Shown here: in pieces, positions 22,071 through 32,287 of the stretch
How positions within the stretch are numbered: the first letter of the stretch is position 1
Layout of the letters: every line of letters begins with the position of its first letter
NCBI RefSeq assembly: GCF_050176255.1
Contig: NZ_JBFXIE010000008.1
DNA from: Diaphorobacter sp.
Lineage (GTDB): Bacteria > Pseudomonadota > Gammaproteobacteria > Burkholderiales > Burkholderiaceae_C
Direction: 5' to 3' (one strand)
DNA length: 64,000 nt
The notes under the pieces: model-generated
The model's input: only the letters and a program-made list of their open reading frames with translations
Told to the model about the DNA's origin: nothing
Databases searched by the model: none
Position numbers and translations under genes: made by a program

Positions 22071-25000
22071 CGGCAGAGGCGTCGTTCATCCTGCAAGAGC
22101 TGCACCTGTACAACTGGGGCGCTTTTGCCGGGCGCCACCAGGTGGGCGTTGATCCGGGCAACAGCGCCATCATCGGCCCCACGGGCAGCGGCAAGACCAC
22201 GCTGGTCGATGCGCTGATGACGCTGCTGTGCGCCAGCCCGCGCTACAACCTGGCCTCGACCGGCGGGCATGAAAGCGACCGCGACCTGGTCAGCTACGTG
22301 CGCGGCGCCGCCGGCCAGGGCAATGACAGCGGCGACCACATCGCCCGGCCGGGCCGCTGCACCACGGGTATTGCGGCGCGGCTGGTGCGCGCGGGTGGCA
22401 CGGGTGACGGTGGCGCAGGCACATCGGTCTGGCTGGGCGCGCTGCTGTGGTTTGACGGCAGCAGCCAGTCGGCGGGCGACATGCAAAAGCGCTGGTTCTT
22501 CGCGCAGGGCGAGGGCCACGGCCTGGACCTGTGGCTGGAAGAGCAGCACAGCGGCGGCGCGCGGGCGCTCACCCGGCTGGCCAAGGACAGCGACGGCCTG
22601 CAGATGTTCAGCAGCAAGGCGCCCTACCTGGCCCGGCTGCACAGCTTTTTTGAAGTGGGGCCCAACGCCTTCACGCTGCTCAACCGCGCGGCGGGGCTCA
22701 AACAGCTCAACAGCATTGACGAGATCTTTCGCGAGCTGGTGCTCGACGACCACTCGGCCTTTGACGCTGCGCAGCAAGTGGTGGCCGGCTTTGCCGAACT
22801 GGCCTCCATCCACGCCGACCTGGAGCTGGCCAATGCGCAATTCACGTCCCTACTGCCGCTGCGCGACCTGACCGCGCGCGAGCAGCAGCAGGCGCACCAG
22901 TTGGCGCATGTGCAGGCCCTGCAGCAGCAGCTGCCCGCGTGGTTTGCCGCGCAGGGCGTGCAGTGGTGGCGCCAGCGCGTGGCGCAGCTGCAGACGCAGA
23001 TGGCGCAGCGCAGCCAGGCCCTGCTCGCCGCGCAGGACACGGTACAGGCCGCGCGGCGCCACGAGCAAGACCTGCACGGCATCTACCTGCAGGCGGGCGG
23101 CGCCAGCATCGAGTCGCTGCGCGAGCACATCGCGCTGGCGCGCAAAGAGCTGGGGCGCACGCAAGCCAACCTGCTGCAGTACCAGCAACTGGCGCGTAAC
23201 CTGGGTCTGACGGCCAGCCCCGCGCAGGCAGGCAAGGTGACTGCGCAAGACCTGCCCGCGCACCAAGCGCAGGCGGCGGTCGCCATGCAGCAGCTGGACG
23301 CCGATCAGGCGCAGCTGCAGGCCGATGCCGAGGCGGCCATTGCCGACGAGCGCAACGCCCACAGGCGCTGGCAAGAGCTGGAGGCCGAGTACGACGCCGT
23401 GCGCCGGCGCCCCGGCTCCAACCTGCCGCTGGCGTACCAAAGCTTTCGCGCCGATCTGGCCGCGCACCTGGCCCTGCCCGAGGACGACCTGCCCTTTGCC
23501 GCCGAGCTGGTCGAGGTGCCGCTGCCTGAGCAAGGCTGGCGCGGCGCCATCGAGCGCGCCCTGGGCAGCCACCGGCTGCGCATCCTGGTGCCGCACGCGG
23601 CCCTGCACGCGGCGCTGCAATGGGTGAACCAGCGCCACAACCGGCTGCATGTGCGCCTGCTGGAGGTGACTGCTGCTGCGGCGCCCGCCACTTTTGTGGC
23701 CGACGGCTTTGCGCGCAAGCTCAACATCAAGCCCCGCCTGCCCGCGGCGCACCAGGGCGCGCTGCGCCAGTTGCTGGCAGAGCTCGATCGCCACTGCGTG
23801 CCCGACGTCGCCACGCTGGAGCGCACGCCCCACGCCATGACGATCGAGGGGCTGATGTCCAGCAAATCCGGCCACTTTGACAAGCAGGACCACAAGCGCC
23901 TGGATCAGGACTGGATGACCGGCTTTGACAACCGCGATCGGCTGGCGTATCTGCTACAACATAAAGAGCAGGCAGCGCTTGAATGGAAAGGGTTGGAGAC
24001 TAAAAAGACCCAAATCCTGCACGCCCAGCGCAGCGCGCAGGAGCAGCGCCGGCTGTGGGCCGCGCTGCAAACGCTGCAGCTGCAAGACCTGGACACGGCC
24101 GCAGCCGATGCGCAGTTGCAGCACAAAGAACAGCAACTGCAGGCGCTGCTGCACCCGCAATCCGACACCGCACAGGCCCAGCAGCGCTGGGACGCCGCGC
24201 AGGCGCACACCCGCGCAGCCGACGACCAGCTGCGCCAACTGCAAACCGCGCAGACGCAAGACGCCACCTTGCTGGATACCGCGCGCCAACGCCTGGGCGC
24301 CTTCGAGGCGCGCAGCGTCGGCGCACCGGCGTTGGATGCGGACTTTGCCGCGCAACTGGCCCGCCTGGGGCACAGGCTGAGCGCACTGGACGGCGACAAC
24401 CTCGACGCGCAAGAGCGCGACGCCGCCGCGGCCCTGCACGCCAAAAGCGCAGAGGCCGGCAAAAAGCTCGGGCATCTGCACCAGGAGATCGTGCGCCAGA
24501 TGGGCCGGGCCCGGGCTGAAGACCGCGGCGCTCTGGCCGAACACGCGCAGGAGGTAGATGCGCTGCCCCACTACCTGCAGCGCCTGCAGGTGCTGGAAGA
24601 AGAAGCCCTGCCGGCCAAGCGCCAGCGCTTTCAGCAATACCTCAACGACACCTCGCAGCAGGGCGTGGACAACCTGCTCAGCGGCATTGCCGCGCAGGTG
24701 GCAGACATCGAAGACCGCATCGCCCGGCTCAATGAAACGCTGCAACGCGTGGACTTTCAGCCCGGCCGCTACCTGCAGCTGGACCCGCGCTCGGTCGTGC
24801 ACCAAAGCCTGCAGGACCTGAGCCAGGCGCAAAACCAGCTGCGCACCGAGCGCCTGCGCGATGACGGCGGCCACAGCCACTACCGGGCGCTACGCGCCAT
24901 CGTGCAAATGCTGCAAACCCACGCCAGCAACCGCCGCAGCAAGGCCGCGCAGGCGCTGCTGGATGCGCGCTACCGGCTGCAGTTTGCGGTGCTGGTGATG

Positions 25001-25423
25001 GATCGCGCCAGCGGCCAGATGCTGGAGCGGCGCACTGGCTCGCAAGGCGGCAGCGGCGGCGAGAAGGAAATCATCGCCAGCTACGTCCTGACTGCATCGC
25101 TCAGCTACGCGCTGTGCCCCGACGGCGCCAGCCGCCCAGTGTTTGGCACCATCGTGCTGGATGAGGCTTTTTCCAAAAGCTCGCAGGCCGTGGCCGCGCG
25201 CATCATCCAGGCGCTGCGCGAGTTTGGCCTGCACGCATTGTTCGTCACGCCCAACAAGGAAGTGCGCCTGCTGCGCAACCACACGCGCAGCGCCGTCGTG
25301 GTGCACCGGCGCGGCGCGCAGGCCACGCTGGCATCGCTGCGCTGGGAAGAGATCGACGCCTTCCGCCAGAACGTGCAGAACGCGCACCGCACGCAGCCAG
25401 CGCCAAACCCGGCGCAAATATGA
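22067..25423 (+). CDS. jetC: Wadjet system SMC-like ATPase JetC
   Basis: 1118 aa. N-terminal Walker A GPTGSGKTT, long Q/A/L-rich coiled coils, C-terminal signature-like GSGGEKE and Walker B IVLDEAF. ATGA overlap with jetB. Confidence 0.85.
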   Translation: MTAEASFILQELHLYNWGAFAGRHQVGVDPGNSAIIGPTGSGKTTLVDALMTLLCASPRYNLASTGGHESDRDLVSYVRGAAGQGNDSGDHIARPGRCTTGIAARLVRAGGTGDGGAGTSVWLGALLWFDGSSQSAGDMQKRWFFAQGEGHGLDLWLEEQHSGGARALTRLAKDSDGLQMFSSKAPYLARLHSFFEVGPNAFTLLNRAAGLKQLNSIDEIFRELVLDDHSAFDAAQQVVAGFAELASIHADLELANAQFTSLLPLRDLTAREQQQAHQLAHVQALQQQLPAWFAAQGVQWWRQRVAQLQTQMAQRSQALLAAQDTVQAARRHEQDLHGIYLQAGGASIESLREHIALARKELGRTQANLLQYQQLARNLGLTASPAQAGKVTAQDLPAHQAQAAVAMQQLDADQAQLQADAEAAIADERNAHRRWQELEAEYDAVRRRPGSNLPLAYQSFRADLAAHLALPEDDLPFAAELVEVPLPEQGWRGAIERALGSHRLRILVPHAALHAALQWVNQRHNRLHVRLLEVTAAAAPATFVADGFARKLNIKPRLPAAHQGALRQLLAELDRHCVPDVATLERTPHAMTIEGLMSSKSGHFDKQDHKRLDQDWMTGFDNRDRLAYLLQHKEQAALEWKGLETKKTQILHAQRSAQEQRRLWAALQTLQLQDLDTAAADAQLQHKEQQLQALLHPQSDTAQAQQRWDAAQAHTRAADDQLRQLQTAQTQDATLLDTARQRLGAFEARSVGAPALDADFAAQLARLGHRLSALDGDNLDAQERDAAAALHAKSAEAGKKLGHLHQEIVRQMGRARAEDRGALAEHAQEVDALPHYLQRLQVLEEEALPAKRQRFQQYLNDTSQQGVDNLLSGIAAQVADIEDRIARLNETLQRVDFQPGRYLQLDPRSVVHQSLQDLSQAQNQLRTERLRDDGGHSHYRALRAIVQMLQTHASNRRSKAAQALLDARYRLQFAVLVMDRASGQMLERRTGSQGGSGGEKEIIASYVLTASLSYALCPDGASRPVFGTIVLDEAFSKSSQAVAARIIQALREFGLHALFVTPNKEVRLLRNHTRSAVVVHRRGAQATLASLRWEEIDAFRQNVQNAHRTQPAPNPAQI
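23955..24012 (+). repeat. AT-rich repeat-like patch, copy I (partial, inside jetC, sense)
   Basis: CAGGCAGCGCTTGAATGGAAAGGGTTGGAGACTAAAAAGACCC matches the AGCGCTTG..AAGGG(C/T)T core. Local AT-rich codons within a GC3-rich gene. Confidence 0.45.
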
Positions 25424-26595
25424 AGTCGCCCCAGGCATTGGCGGCCCGGCTGGCCCAGCAATGGCACAGCGCCGACTGGCGCGAGCGCCAGCTGCTGTGC
25501 GGCGCGGCGGCCTGGCCGCTGGTGCTGCCCATCGGCGCGCCCGGCGCGGCGGACTTTCTGGGCGATGCCAGCGTGCTGCGCGGCCATCTGCAGCATTGGC
25601 GCGACGTGCAGCAGCAGGGCCTGGGCAGCGTGCAGTGGCAAGAGCGGCGCTACCGCGGCGCCAGCGCCGCCATCGCCGTGCCCACGCACTGGCGGCTGGC
25701 CAGGCCGTCCGAATGCATTGCGGCCATCAGCCACTTCAAGGCGCCGGGCCATGCGCAGATCGCGGCCGACTACGCGCGGCTCAGCGCCATCGTCGCGGCA
25801 GTGCAGCGCAGCGGCTTTCAGCGCCTGCTGGTGCGCCGCCTGGTGCAGTGGCGCGACACGCCTGCCGAAGCCGTCATCGCCGCCGCCCGCATCGCCCTGC
25901 AACTGGAGCCCGGCTGCGCCAACGGCCGGCCGCTGCGCGCACTGGCCGTGCAAGGCAACGACAGCAAATTCTTCGAGCGCCACGCCAGCCTGCTGACGGC
26001 GCTGCTGGACGAGCGCTTTGACGGCGAAGCCAGCCGCCAGGGGCTGGCGGGCTTTTTGGACGCGCTGCCCGAGGGTGACCACTGGCTGCTGCTCGCCCCG
26101 CTGGCCCCCGGCCTGCTGCCCTTCGCGCGCCAGCGCGTGCCCGCTGCTGAGCTGCTGGCCACGCCCCTGCCGGCCAGCCACATCCTGCTGGTGGAAAACG
26201 AACGCAGCCTGCACCAGCTGCCCCAGCCGCTGGCAGGCACCATCGCCGTGCTGGGCGCCGGGCTCAACCTGGGCTGGCTGGCCGCGCCTTGGCTGCAGCA
26301 GCGGCGCGTGGCCTACTGGGGCGACATCGACACCTGGGGCCTGCACATGCTGGCCACGGCACGCGCGCATCTGCCGCATCTGCAGGCACTGCTGATGGAC
26401 CGCGCCACCCTCGACGCCCACGCCGCCCAGGCCGTGGCCGAGCCGGTGCACGCGCCTGCTTCGGAGGGCAGCGCGCTGCGCGCCGACGAGGCCGCGCTGG
26501 ATGCGCACCTGCGCCGCCTGGACCAGGGCCGGCTGGAGCAGGAGTTCATCGCCCCCGCGGCCGTGGCCCACGCGGTGCGCGGCTGGCGCGGCTGA
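25420..26595 (+). CDS. jetD: Wadjet system nuclease JetD (Toprim/topoisomerase VI-like C-terminal domain)
   Basis: 391 aa. Toprim-like Glu in LLVENERS and DxD in YWGDIDTWG. ATGA overlap with jetC. Confidence 0.8.
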   Translation: MKSPQALAARLAQQWHSADWRERQLLCGAAAWPLVLPIGAPGAADFLGDASVLRGHLQHWRDVQQQGLGSVQWQERRYRGASAAIAVPTHWRLARPSECIAAISHFKAPGHAQIAADYARLSAIVAAVQRSGFQRLLVRRLVQWRDTPAEAVIAAARIALQLEPGCANGRPLRALAVQGNDSKFFERHASLLTALLDERFDGEASRQGLAGFLDALPEGDHWLLLAPLAPGLLPFARQRVPAAELLATPLPASHILLVENERSLHQLPQPLAGTIAVLGAGLNLGWLAAPWLQQRRVAYWGDIDTWGLHMLATARAHLPHLQALLMDRATLDAHAAQAVAEPVHAPASEGSALRADEAALDAHLRRLDQGRLEQEFIAPAAVAHAVRGWRG

Positions 26596-26629
26596 ACCCA
26601 ATTTGAATTGGGAGCACAATGCGCGCCCC

Positions 26630-27040
26630 ATGAAGCCTGCCATCACCATCGTTGACGTGGACCGCCCCGACACCTGGACCCGCTACCGCGCGGGCCTGTG
26701 CGACAGCTGCGCGGCCCACTGCTGCACCATGCCGCTGGAGGTGCAGCTGCCCGACCTGGTGCGGCTGGGGCTGGTGGACGCCTTCGAGGCCGAGCACGAA
26801 GAGCCCCGGCACATCGCCCGCCGGCTGCAAAAGGCGCGGCTGATCGACCACTTCAACCACAAGAACACCCTGTTCACCCTGGCGCGGCGCGCCAGCGGCG
26901 ACTGCCAGTTTCTGGACGCCGCCACGCGCCGGTGCACGGTGTACGAGCAGCGGCCCGAAACCTGCCGTCTGCACCCGCAAAAGAAAAGCCCCCGCCCTGG
27001 CTGGTGTGCTTACGGGGCCAGGGTGCTGCAGCGCAAATAG
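26630..27040 (+). CDS. YkgJ/UPF0153-family cysteine-cluster (putative Fe-S/Zn) protein
   Basis: CDSCAAHCC ... CQFLD...RRCTVYEQRPETCR pattern. Start MKPAITIV at 26630 within ORF 26501..27040. Confidence 0.7.
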   Translation: MKPAITIVDVDRPDTWTRYRAGLCDSCAAHCCTMPLEVQLPDLVRLGLVDAFEAEHEEPRHIARRLQKARLIDHFNHKNTLFTLARRASGDCQFLDAATRRCTVYEQRPETCRLHPQKKSPRPGWCAYGARVLQRK

Positions 27041-27044
27041 CTAC

Positions 27045-27105
27045 TCATTTAATAGCTGATAGCGCTTGATCAGCAAGGGCTGCAGGCCATTTTGGCTTGA
27101 TGGGT
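27045..27105 (+). repeat. AT-rich dispersed hairpin repeat, copy C (3' of the ykgJ-like gene)
   Basis: TTTAATAGCTGATAGCGCTTGATCAGCAAGGGCTGCAGGCCATTTTGGCTTGA. Confidence 0.7.
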
Positions 27106-27111
27106 TAATCC

Positions 27112-28257
27112 TCAAACCCGCCCAAAGGCATAGCCCAGGGCGGCCTGCGTGCCCTCCAGCTCATCGACCAGTCGCAGCAGCGGCGCCAGCTCGCGGTAGC
27201 GGCCGGCCGTCTGGCGGATGTAGGCGATGAAGCGCGGTGCATCCTGCAGGTATTTGGGCTTGCCGTCGCGCAGCGTGATGCGCGCGAAGATGCCGGCCAC
27301 CTTCAGGTGGCGCTGCAGCGCCATCCAGTCCACGGCGCGGTAAAACTCGCCAAAGTCGGCGCCCCAGCCGCTGCTGCTGTGGGCGCCCACGATGCCCGCG
27401 CGCCGGGCCTTGTCCCAGTAGCGCACGGTGATGTCGATGACGAAGTCTTCTTCCCAGCTGATGAAGGCGTCGCGCATCAGGCTGGCGATGTCGTAGGTCA
27501 CGGGGCCATAGACCGCGTCCTGGAAGTCGAGCACGCCCAGGCGCCCGTCCGCGCCCGCCATCAGGTTGCGCATCATGAAGTCGCGGTGCACATACACGCT
27601 GGGCGCGGCCAGATTGTGCGCCACGATGGTGTCGAAGGTCTTGGCAAGCGTGGCTTGCTGCGCGTCGGTCAGCGTGGCCTGGCGGTGGCGGGCGATGTAC
27701 CAGTCGGGAAACAGCTGCAGCTCGCGGCGCAGCAGCGGCTCGTCGTAGGCGGGCAGCACGCCGGGGCGGCTGGCGCGCTGCCAGTCGATGAGCAGATCCA
27801 CGGCCTGCAGGTACCAGGCGTGGGCGGCCTGGGGGTTGGCCGGGTCCAGGCGTTCGATGGCCGTCTGCGCGCCCAGGTCGGACAGCAGCATGAAGCCGTG
27901 GGCTTCGTCCCAGGCCAGGATCTGCGGCACGCGCAGGCCGGCGGCCTGCATCAGCGCCTGCACCTGCACGAAGGGGCGGCAGTCTTCCTTGTCGGGCGGC
28001 GCGTCCATCACGATGTGGCTGGCGCCGCCCTGCGTGTCCAGGCGCAGGTAGCGCCTGAAGCTGGCGTCGGCCGAGGCGGGCCGCAAGGTGTCGGAGCGCA
28101 GGCCGTGCGTGTCTGCCAGCGGGGCCAGCCAGGCTTCAAAGGCGGCCCGGCGCGCCGGGTCGCTCCAGTGCACGGCGTTGTCGGGGGTGTTGCAGGATGT
28201 GGCGGCGGGGGCTGTCCCGGCAGGGCTGGCGGGAGGTGGGGGGCAGGGGTGGCTCAT
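27112..28257 (-). CDS. Aminoglycoside phosphotransferase-fold kinase (AmgK-like anomeric MurNAc/GlcNAc kinase candidate)
   Basis: Kinase motifs VHRDFMMRNLM and LDFQDA. Divergent from lptD, as amgK is in Pseudomonas. Start MSHPCPP at 28257 within ORF 27112..28353. Confidence 0.65.
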   Translation of the reverse strand: MSHPCPPPPASPAGTAPAATSCNTPDNAVHWSDPARRAAFEAWLAPLADTHGLRSDTLRPASADASFRRYLRLDTQGGASHIVMDAPPDKEDCRPFVQVQALMQAAGLRVPQILAWDEAHGFMLLSDLGAQTAIERLDPANPQAAHAWYLQAVDLLIDWQRASRPGVLPAYDEPLLRRELQLFPDWYIARHRQATLTDAQQATLAKTFDTIVAHNLAAPSVYVHRDFMMRNLMAGADGRLGVLDFQDAVYGPVTYDIASLMRDAFISWEEDFVIDITVRYWDKARRAGIVGAHSSSGWGADFGEFYRAVDWMALQRHLKVAGIFARITLRDGKPKYLQDAPRFIAYIRQTAGRYRELAPLLRLVDELEGTQAALGYAFGRV

Positions 28258-28351
28258 GGATAATCCCATTCTACAAACCCGGCCCTGCCCGGCCAGGTGG
28301 CCCGCGGCGCATCCCAGATGGGTGCCGTGCACCGTCCGACCCGCGCATTCC

Positions 28352-30820
28352 ATGGATCGCTTTTACTTGTCCCACGCCCTGCCCGCCCGCCCATCCGCCC
28401 CACCCGTACCCGGTGCCGCGCCGCTGCCAGCGCGCAGCGTGCTGGCGCGGCTGGCGGCCCTGATGCTGTGCGGCGTGCCGCTGGCGGTGCTGGCCCAGGC
28501 CGATCCAGCAGACCCGGCAGACCCCGCCGCCGAAACCCCGCCCGTGCTGCGCCCCACGGGCCGCCTGCACGATGCGCTGCCCGGCAGCGTGCGCGCGCAG
28601 TTGCCGGTGTTTGTGCGCGGCGACCGGGTGACGGGCCAGCCCGACATCCGCGCCGTCATCGAGGGCGATGCCGAACTGCGCCGCGGCGACACGGTGATCC
28701 GCGCCGACCGCATGGAGTACGACGTGGCCACCGACCGCGCCAAGGCCAGCGGCAATGTGCACATCAACCGCGCGGGCAACGTGTATGACGGCAGCCTGCT
28801 GGACATGCAGGTGGAGGCCTTCAGCGGTTTTTTCAGCGACACGCGCTACCGTTTTCTTGAGACCTCGGCCCACGGCGAGGCCTCGCGCGTGGACTTCATC
28901 GACCGCGAGCGCTCGGTGGTGCACGACGCCACCTACACCACCTGCCAGCGCACCGACGAGGCCAGCTGGCAGCCCGACTGGATCATCCGCGCCAAAAAGA
29001 TCCATCTAGACCGGGTGGAAGACGTGGGCAGGGCCGAGGACGGCGTGCTCGAATTCAAGGGCGTGCCGGTGCTGCCCGTGCCCTACCTCACCTTTCCGCT
29101 GTCGGACCGGCGCAAGTCGGGGTTTTTGCCGCCCACCATCGGCCTGGACAGCCTGAGCGGCCTGGAATACGCCCAGCCCTACTACTGGAACATCGCGCCC
29201 AACCGCGACGCGACCATCACCCCCGTGCTGCTGAGTCGGCGCGGCGTGATGCTGAGCGGTGAGTTCCGCTACCTGGAGCCGCGCTACAGCGGCGAGATCA
29301 CCGGCGAGTTCATGCCCGGCGACCGCCTGCGCGACCGCGACCGCTGGTCCTACGGCATCCAGCACCGCGGCGCGCTGGGCACGCCGCTGGGCGATGCGTC
29401 CCTGGGCATCAACGTGCGGCGCGTGAGCGACGACGACTACTGGCGCGACTTTTCCCAGCGCCTGCTGGGCCGCGGCAGCCTGCCCGACACCGTCAACAAC
29501 CAGCTGGCGCAGCGCCTGCTGCCCGGCGAGGTCTCACTCAACTGGGGGCGCAACGACCACACGCTGAGCCTGCGCACCGTCAAGTGGCAGACGCTGCAGG
29601 ATGTCAACTCGCCCATCGTGCCGCCCTACGATCGCCAGCCGCAGCTGCGCTGGCAGTACCAGCCTGCGCAACTGGCTGGCGGCTTCGATGCCAGTATCGA
29701 GGCGGACTACACCAGCTTTCATGCCGACCGCGCCTACACCGGCCAGCCCAACGCCAAGCGCAGCTACGCCCTGGCGCAGGTCAGCCGGCCCTTTCTGGCG
29801 CCGGCGGGTTTCATCACGCCGCGCGTGCAGCTGCACACCACCCACTATGAATTTGACGCGCCGCTGGTGGGCGGCCAGCGCACGGCCAGCCGCACACTGC
29901 CCACCTTCAGCCTGGACAGCGGCCTGGTGTTCGAGCGCGACGCTGCCTACTTTGGCCGCGGCTTTGTGCAGACGCTGGAGCCGCGCGCCTTCTACACCTA
30001 CACGCCGTATCGCAACCAGAGCATGCTGCCGGTGTACGACACGGCGGCCAACGACTTCAACTTTGCCTCCATCTACTCTGAAAACGCCTTTGGCGGCAAT
30101 GACCGCGTGGCCGACAACAACCTGCTCACCCTGGGCGTGACCACGCGATTGCTGGACCCCGAAACGGGCGCCGAAGCCGCGCGCTTTGGCGTGGCGCAGC
30201 GCCTGCGCTTTGCCGACCAGCAGGTCACCATGCCCGGCGCCGCGCCGGTCAGCGAGCGCCTGTCGGACGTGCTGCTGGGCGCGGGCATCAACTGGACGCC
30301 GCAGTGGGGCTTTGACTCCACCGTGCAGTACAACCCCAAGAGTGGCCGCTCGCTGCGCACCACGGTGGGCGCGCGCTACTCGCCGGGCGACTACCGCACG
30401 GTGAGTGCGGCCTATCGCATGCAGAAAGTCACCGGCCTGATCTCCGAGCCCAGCGAGCAGATCGACGTGGGCTGGCAATGGCCGCTCAATGACGTGCTGG
30501 GCTCCGGCAAGCCCGGCGCGGGCGGGCGCTGGTACAGCGTGGGCCGGCTGAACTACAGCCTGGAAGATCGCAAGCTGGTGGACACCGTGGTCGGCTTCGA
30601 GTACGAAAGCTGCTGCTGGATTGGCCGCGTGGTGCTGGAGCGGCTGCAGCGCAGCGTCAACGCGTCCAACACCCGGCTCATGTTCCAGATCGAATTCGTC
30701 GGGTTCTCGCGCCTGTCGCTGGGGGCCAATCCGCTGTCCAGCCTCAAGCAGAATGTGCCGCGCTACCAGTTCCTGCGCGAAAACCAGACTCCGCCCAGCC
30801 GCTTCTCCAACTACGATTGA
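28352..30820 (+). CDS. lptD: LPS assembly outer-membrane protein LptD
   Basis: Signal peptide, OstA-like N-terminal domain, large beta-barrel. Conserved lptD-surA-rsmA order. Start MDRFYL at 28352 within ORF 28088..30820. Confidence 0.9.
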   Translation: MDRFYLSHALPARPSAPPVPGAAPLPARSVLARLAALMLCGVPLAVLAQADPADPADPAAETPPVLRPTGRLHDALPGSVRAQLPVFVRGDRVTGQPDIRAVIEGDAELRRGDTVIRADRMEYDVATDRAKASGNVHINRAGNVYDGSLLDMQVEAFSGFFSDTRYRFLETSAHGEASRVDFIDRERSVVHDATYTTCQRTDEASWQPDWIIRAKKIHLDRVEDVGRAEDGVLEFKGVPVLPVPYLTFPLSDRRKSGFLPPTIGLDSLSGLEYAQPYYWNIAPNRDATITPVLLSRRGVMLSGEFRYLEPRYSGEITGEFMPGDRLRDRDRWSYGIQHRGALGTPLGDASLGINVRRVSDDDYWRDFSQRLLGRGSLPDTVNNQLAQRLLPGEVSLNWGRNDHTLSLRTVKWQTLQDVNSPIVPPYDRQPQLRWQYQPAQLAGGFDASIEADYTSFHADRAYTGQPNAKRSYALAQVSRPFLAPAGFITPRVQLHTTHYEFDAPLVGGQRTASRTLPTFSLDSGLVFERDAAYFGRGFVQTLEPRAFYTYTPYRNQSMLPVYDTAANDFNFASIYSENAFGGNDRVADNNLLTLGVTTRLLDPETGAEAARFGVAQRLRFADQQVTMPGAAPVSERLSDVLLGAGINWTPQWGFDSTVQYNPKSGRSLRTTVGARYSPGDYRTVSAAYRMQKVTGLISEPSEQIDVGWQWPLNDVLGSGKPGAGGRWYSVGRLNYSLEDRKLVDTVVGFEYESCCWIGRVVLERLQRSVNASNTRLMFQIEFVGFSRLSLGANPLSSLKQNVPRYQFLRENQTPPSRFSNYD

Positions 30821-30867
30821 CCGCACGGCCGCCGCCCCGCCGCGGCCATGCGCCCGCCTTGAGCACC

Positions 30868-32274
30868 ATGAATGTCCACCACGCCATGAAACACCGCGCT
30901 TTGACCCTGGGCCTGGCCGGCCTGACCGCACTTGCACCGCTGGTGCCCGCGTCCGTGCAGGCGCAGGGGCTGCGGCCGTCGGCTGCACCCGGTCTGCAGC
31001 GCCCGCCCTCCGCCGCCAGCGCGCCGGCCCCCGCGGCAGCGGCTGCAATGCCGGCCGACTACATCGTCGCCGTGGTCAATTCCGAGCCCATCACCAATAA
31101 CGAAGTGCGCCAGCGCGCCGCGCGCGTCGCGCAGCAGATCGCCGCCCAGGGCGGCACCCGGCCGCCGCAGGAGCGGCTGATCAAGGACGTGCTGGAGCGC
31201 CTGATCCTCGAAAAAATCCAGGTGCAGCTGGCCAAGGACAGCGGCATCAAGGTCGATGACTACGCCGTTGAGCAGGCCGAACAATCCGTGGCGCGGCAAA
31301 ACGACGTGAGCGTGCCAGAGATGCACCGGCGCCTGGCACTGGACGGCATCAGCAAGGAGCGCTTTCGCGAAGAGCTGCGCAACCAGCTGCTGACCCTGCG
31401 CCTGCGCGAGCGCGATGTGGAGTCGCGCGTGCGCGTGAGCGACCTGGAGGTGGATCAGTACCTGCGCGACCAGCAGGCGGGCGCGGACGCCGGCAAGCTG
31501 GAGCTGAACCTGGGCCACATCCTGGTGACCGTGCCCGAAAACGCCAGCCCACAGGCGGCCGCGCAGCGCAGCGCCCGCGCCCAGGAGGTCTTGGCCAAGC
31601 TGCAGGCCGGCGGCGATTTTGCCGCGCTGGCGCGCGAATACTCCGACGCCCCCACGGCCAGCAGCGGCGGCCTGATGGGCCTGCGCCCGGCGGATCGCTA
31701 CCCCGAGCTGTTTGTCCAGGCCACCCAGCAGGCCGCCGTGGGCAGCGTGGTCGGGCCGGTGCGTTCGCCAGCCGGCTACCACATCCTGAAGGTGGTGGAC
31801 AAAACCTACGGCAATGTGCCCACCATGGCCGTGCAAAGCCGCGCGCGCCACATCCTGCTGCGCACCAACGCGGGCTTGTCCGAGCGCCAGGCCGCCGAAC
31901 GGTTGCAAGACCTGCGCGATCGCATCACGCGCAACCAGGCCGACTTTGCCGAACTGGCGCGCCAGCACTCGCAGGACGCCAGTGCCAGCGAAGGCGGCGA
32001 CCTGGGCTGGGCATCGTCCGGGCGCTACGTGCCTGAATTTGAAGAAGTGCTCAATGCCCTGCAGCCCGGCGAGATCAGCCGCCCCGTGGTGTCGCGCTTT
32101 GGCGTGCACCTGATCCAGTTGGTGGAGCGGCGCGAACAGCGCCTGACCCAGCGCGAGCAGCGCGACATGGTGCGCGACCAGGTGCGCGAGAAAAAACTCG
32201 ATGAGGCCTTCGCGACCTGGATTCAGGAGGCGCGAGCGCGCGCCTACGTCGAATACCGCGAGCCGCCCCAGTGA
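30868..32274 (+). CDS. surA: Periplasmic chaperone / peptidyl-prolyl isomerase SurA
   Basis: Signal peptide [27 protein letters not shown] and two parvulin domains (HILV..., HILLR...GGDLGW). Start at 30868 or 30886. Confidence 0.9.
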   Translation: MNVHHAMKHRALTLGLAGLTALAPLVPASVQAQGLRPSAAPGLQRPPSAASAPAPAAAAAMPADYIVAVVNSEPITNNEVRQRAARVAQQIAAQGGTRPPQERLIKDVLERLILEKIQVQLAKDSGIKVDDYAVEQAEQSVARQNDVSVPEMHRRLALDGISKERFREELRNQLLTLRLRERDVESRVRVSDLEVDQYLRDQQAGADAGKLELNLGHILVTVPENASPQAAAQRSARAQEVLAKLQAGGDFAALAREYSDAPTASSGGLMGLRPADRYPELFVQATQQAAVGSVVGPVRSPAGYHILKVVDKTYGNVPTMAVQSRARHILLRTNAGLSERQAAERLQDLRDRITRNQADFAELARQHSQDASASEGGDLGWASSGRYVPEFEEVLNALQPGEISRPVVSRFGVHLIQLVERREQRLTQREQRDMVRDQVREKKLDEAFATWIQEARARAYVEYREPPQ

Positions 32275-32287
32275 GGGCCCTGCCGCG

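Noticed and set aside
19783-27111. Possibility that jetABCD plus the ykgJ-like gene is a recently acquired mobile island.
   Set aside because: I saw no integrase, tRNA, direct repeats or compositional shift. Codon usage looks native. The dispersed repeat copies flanking the wider region (17031, 27045) occur throughout the window, so they are not island borders.
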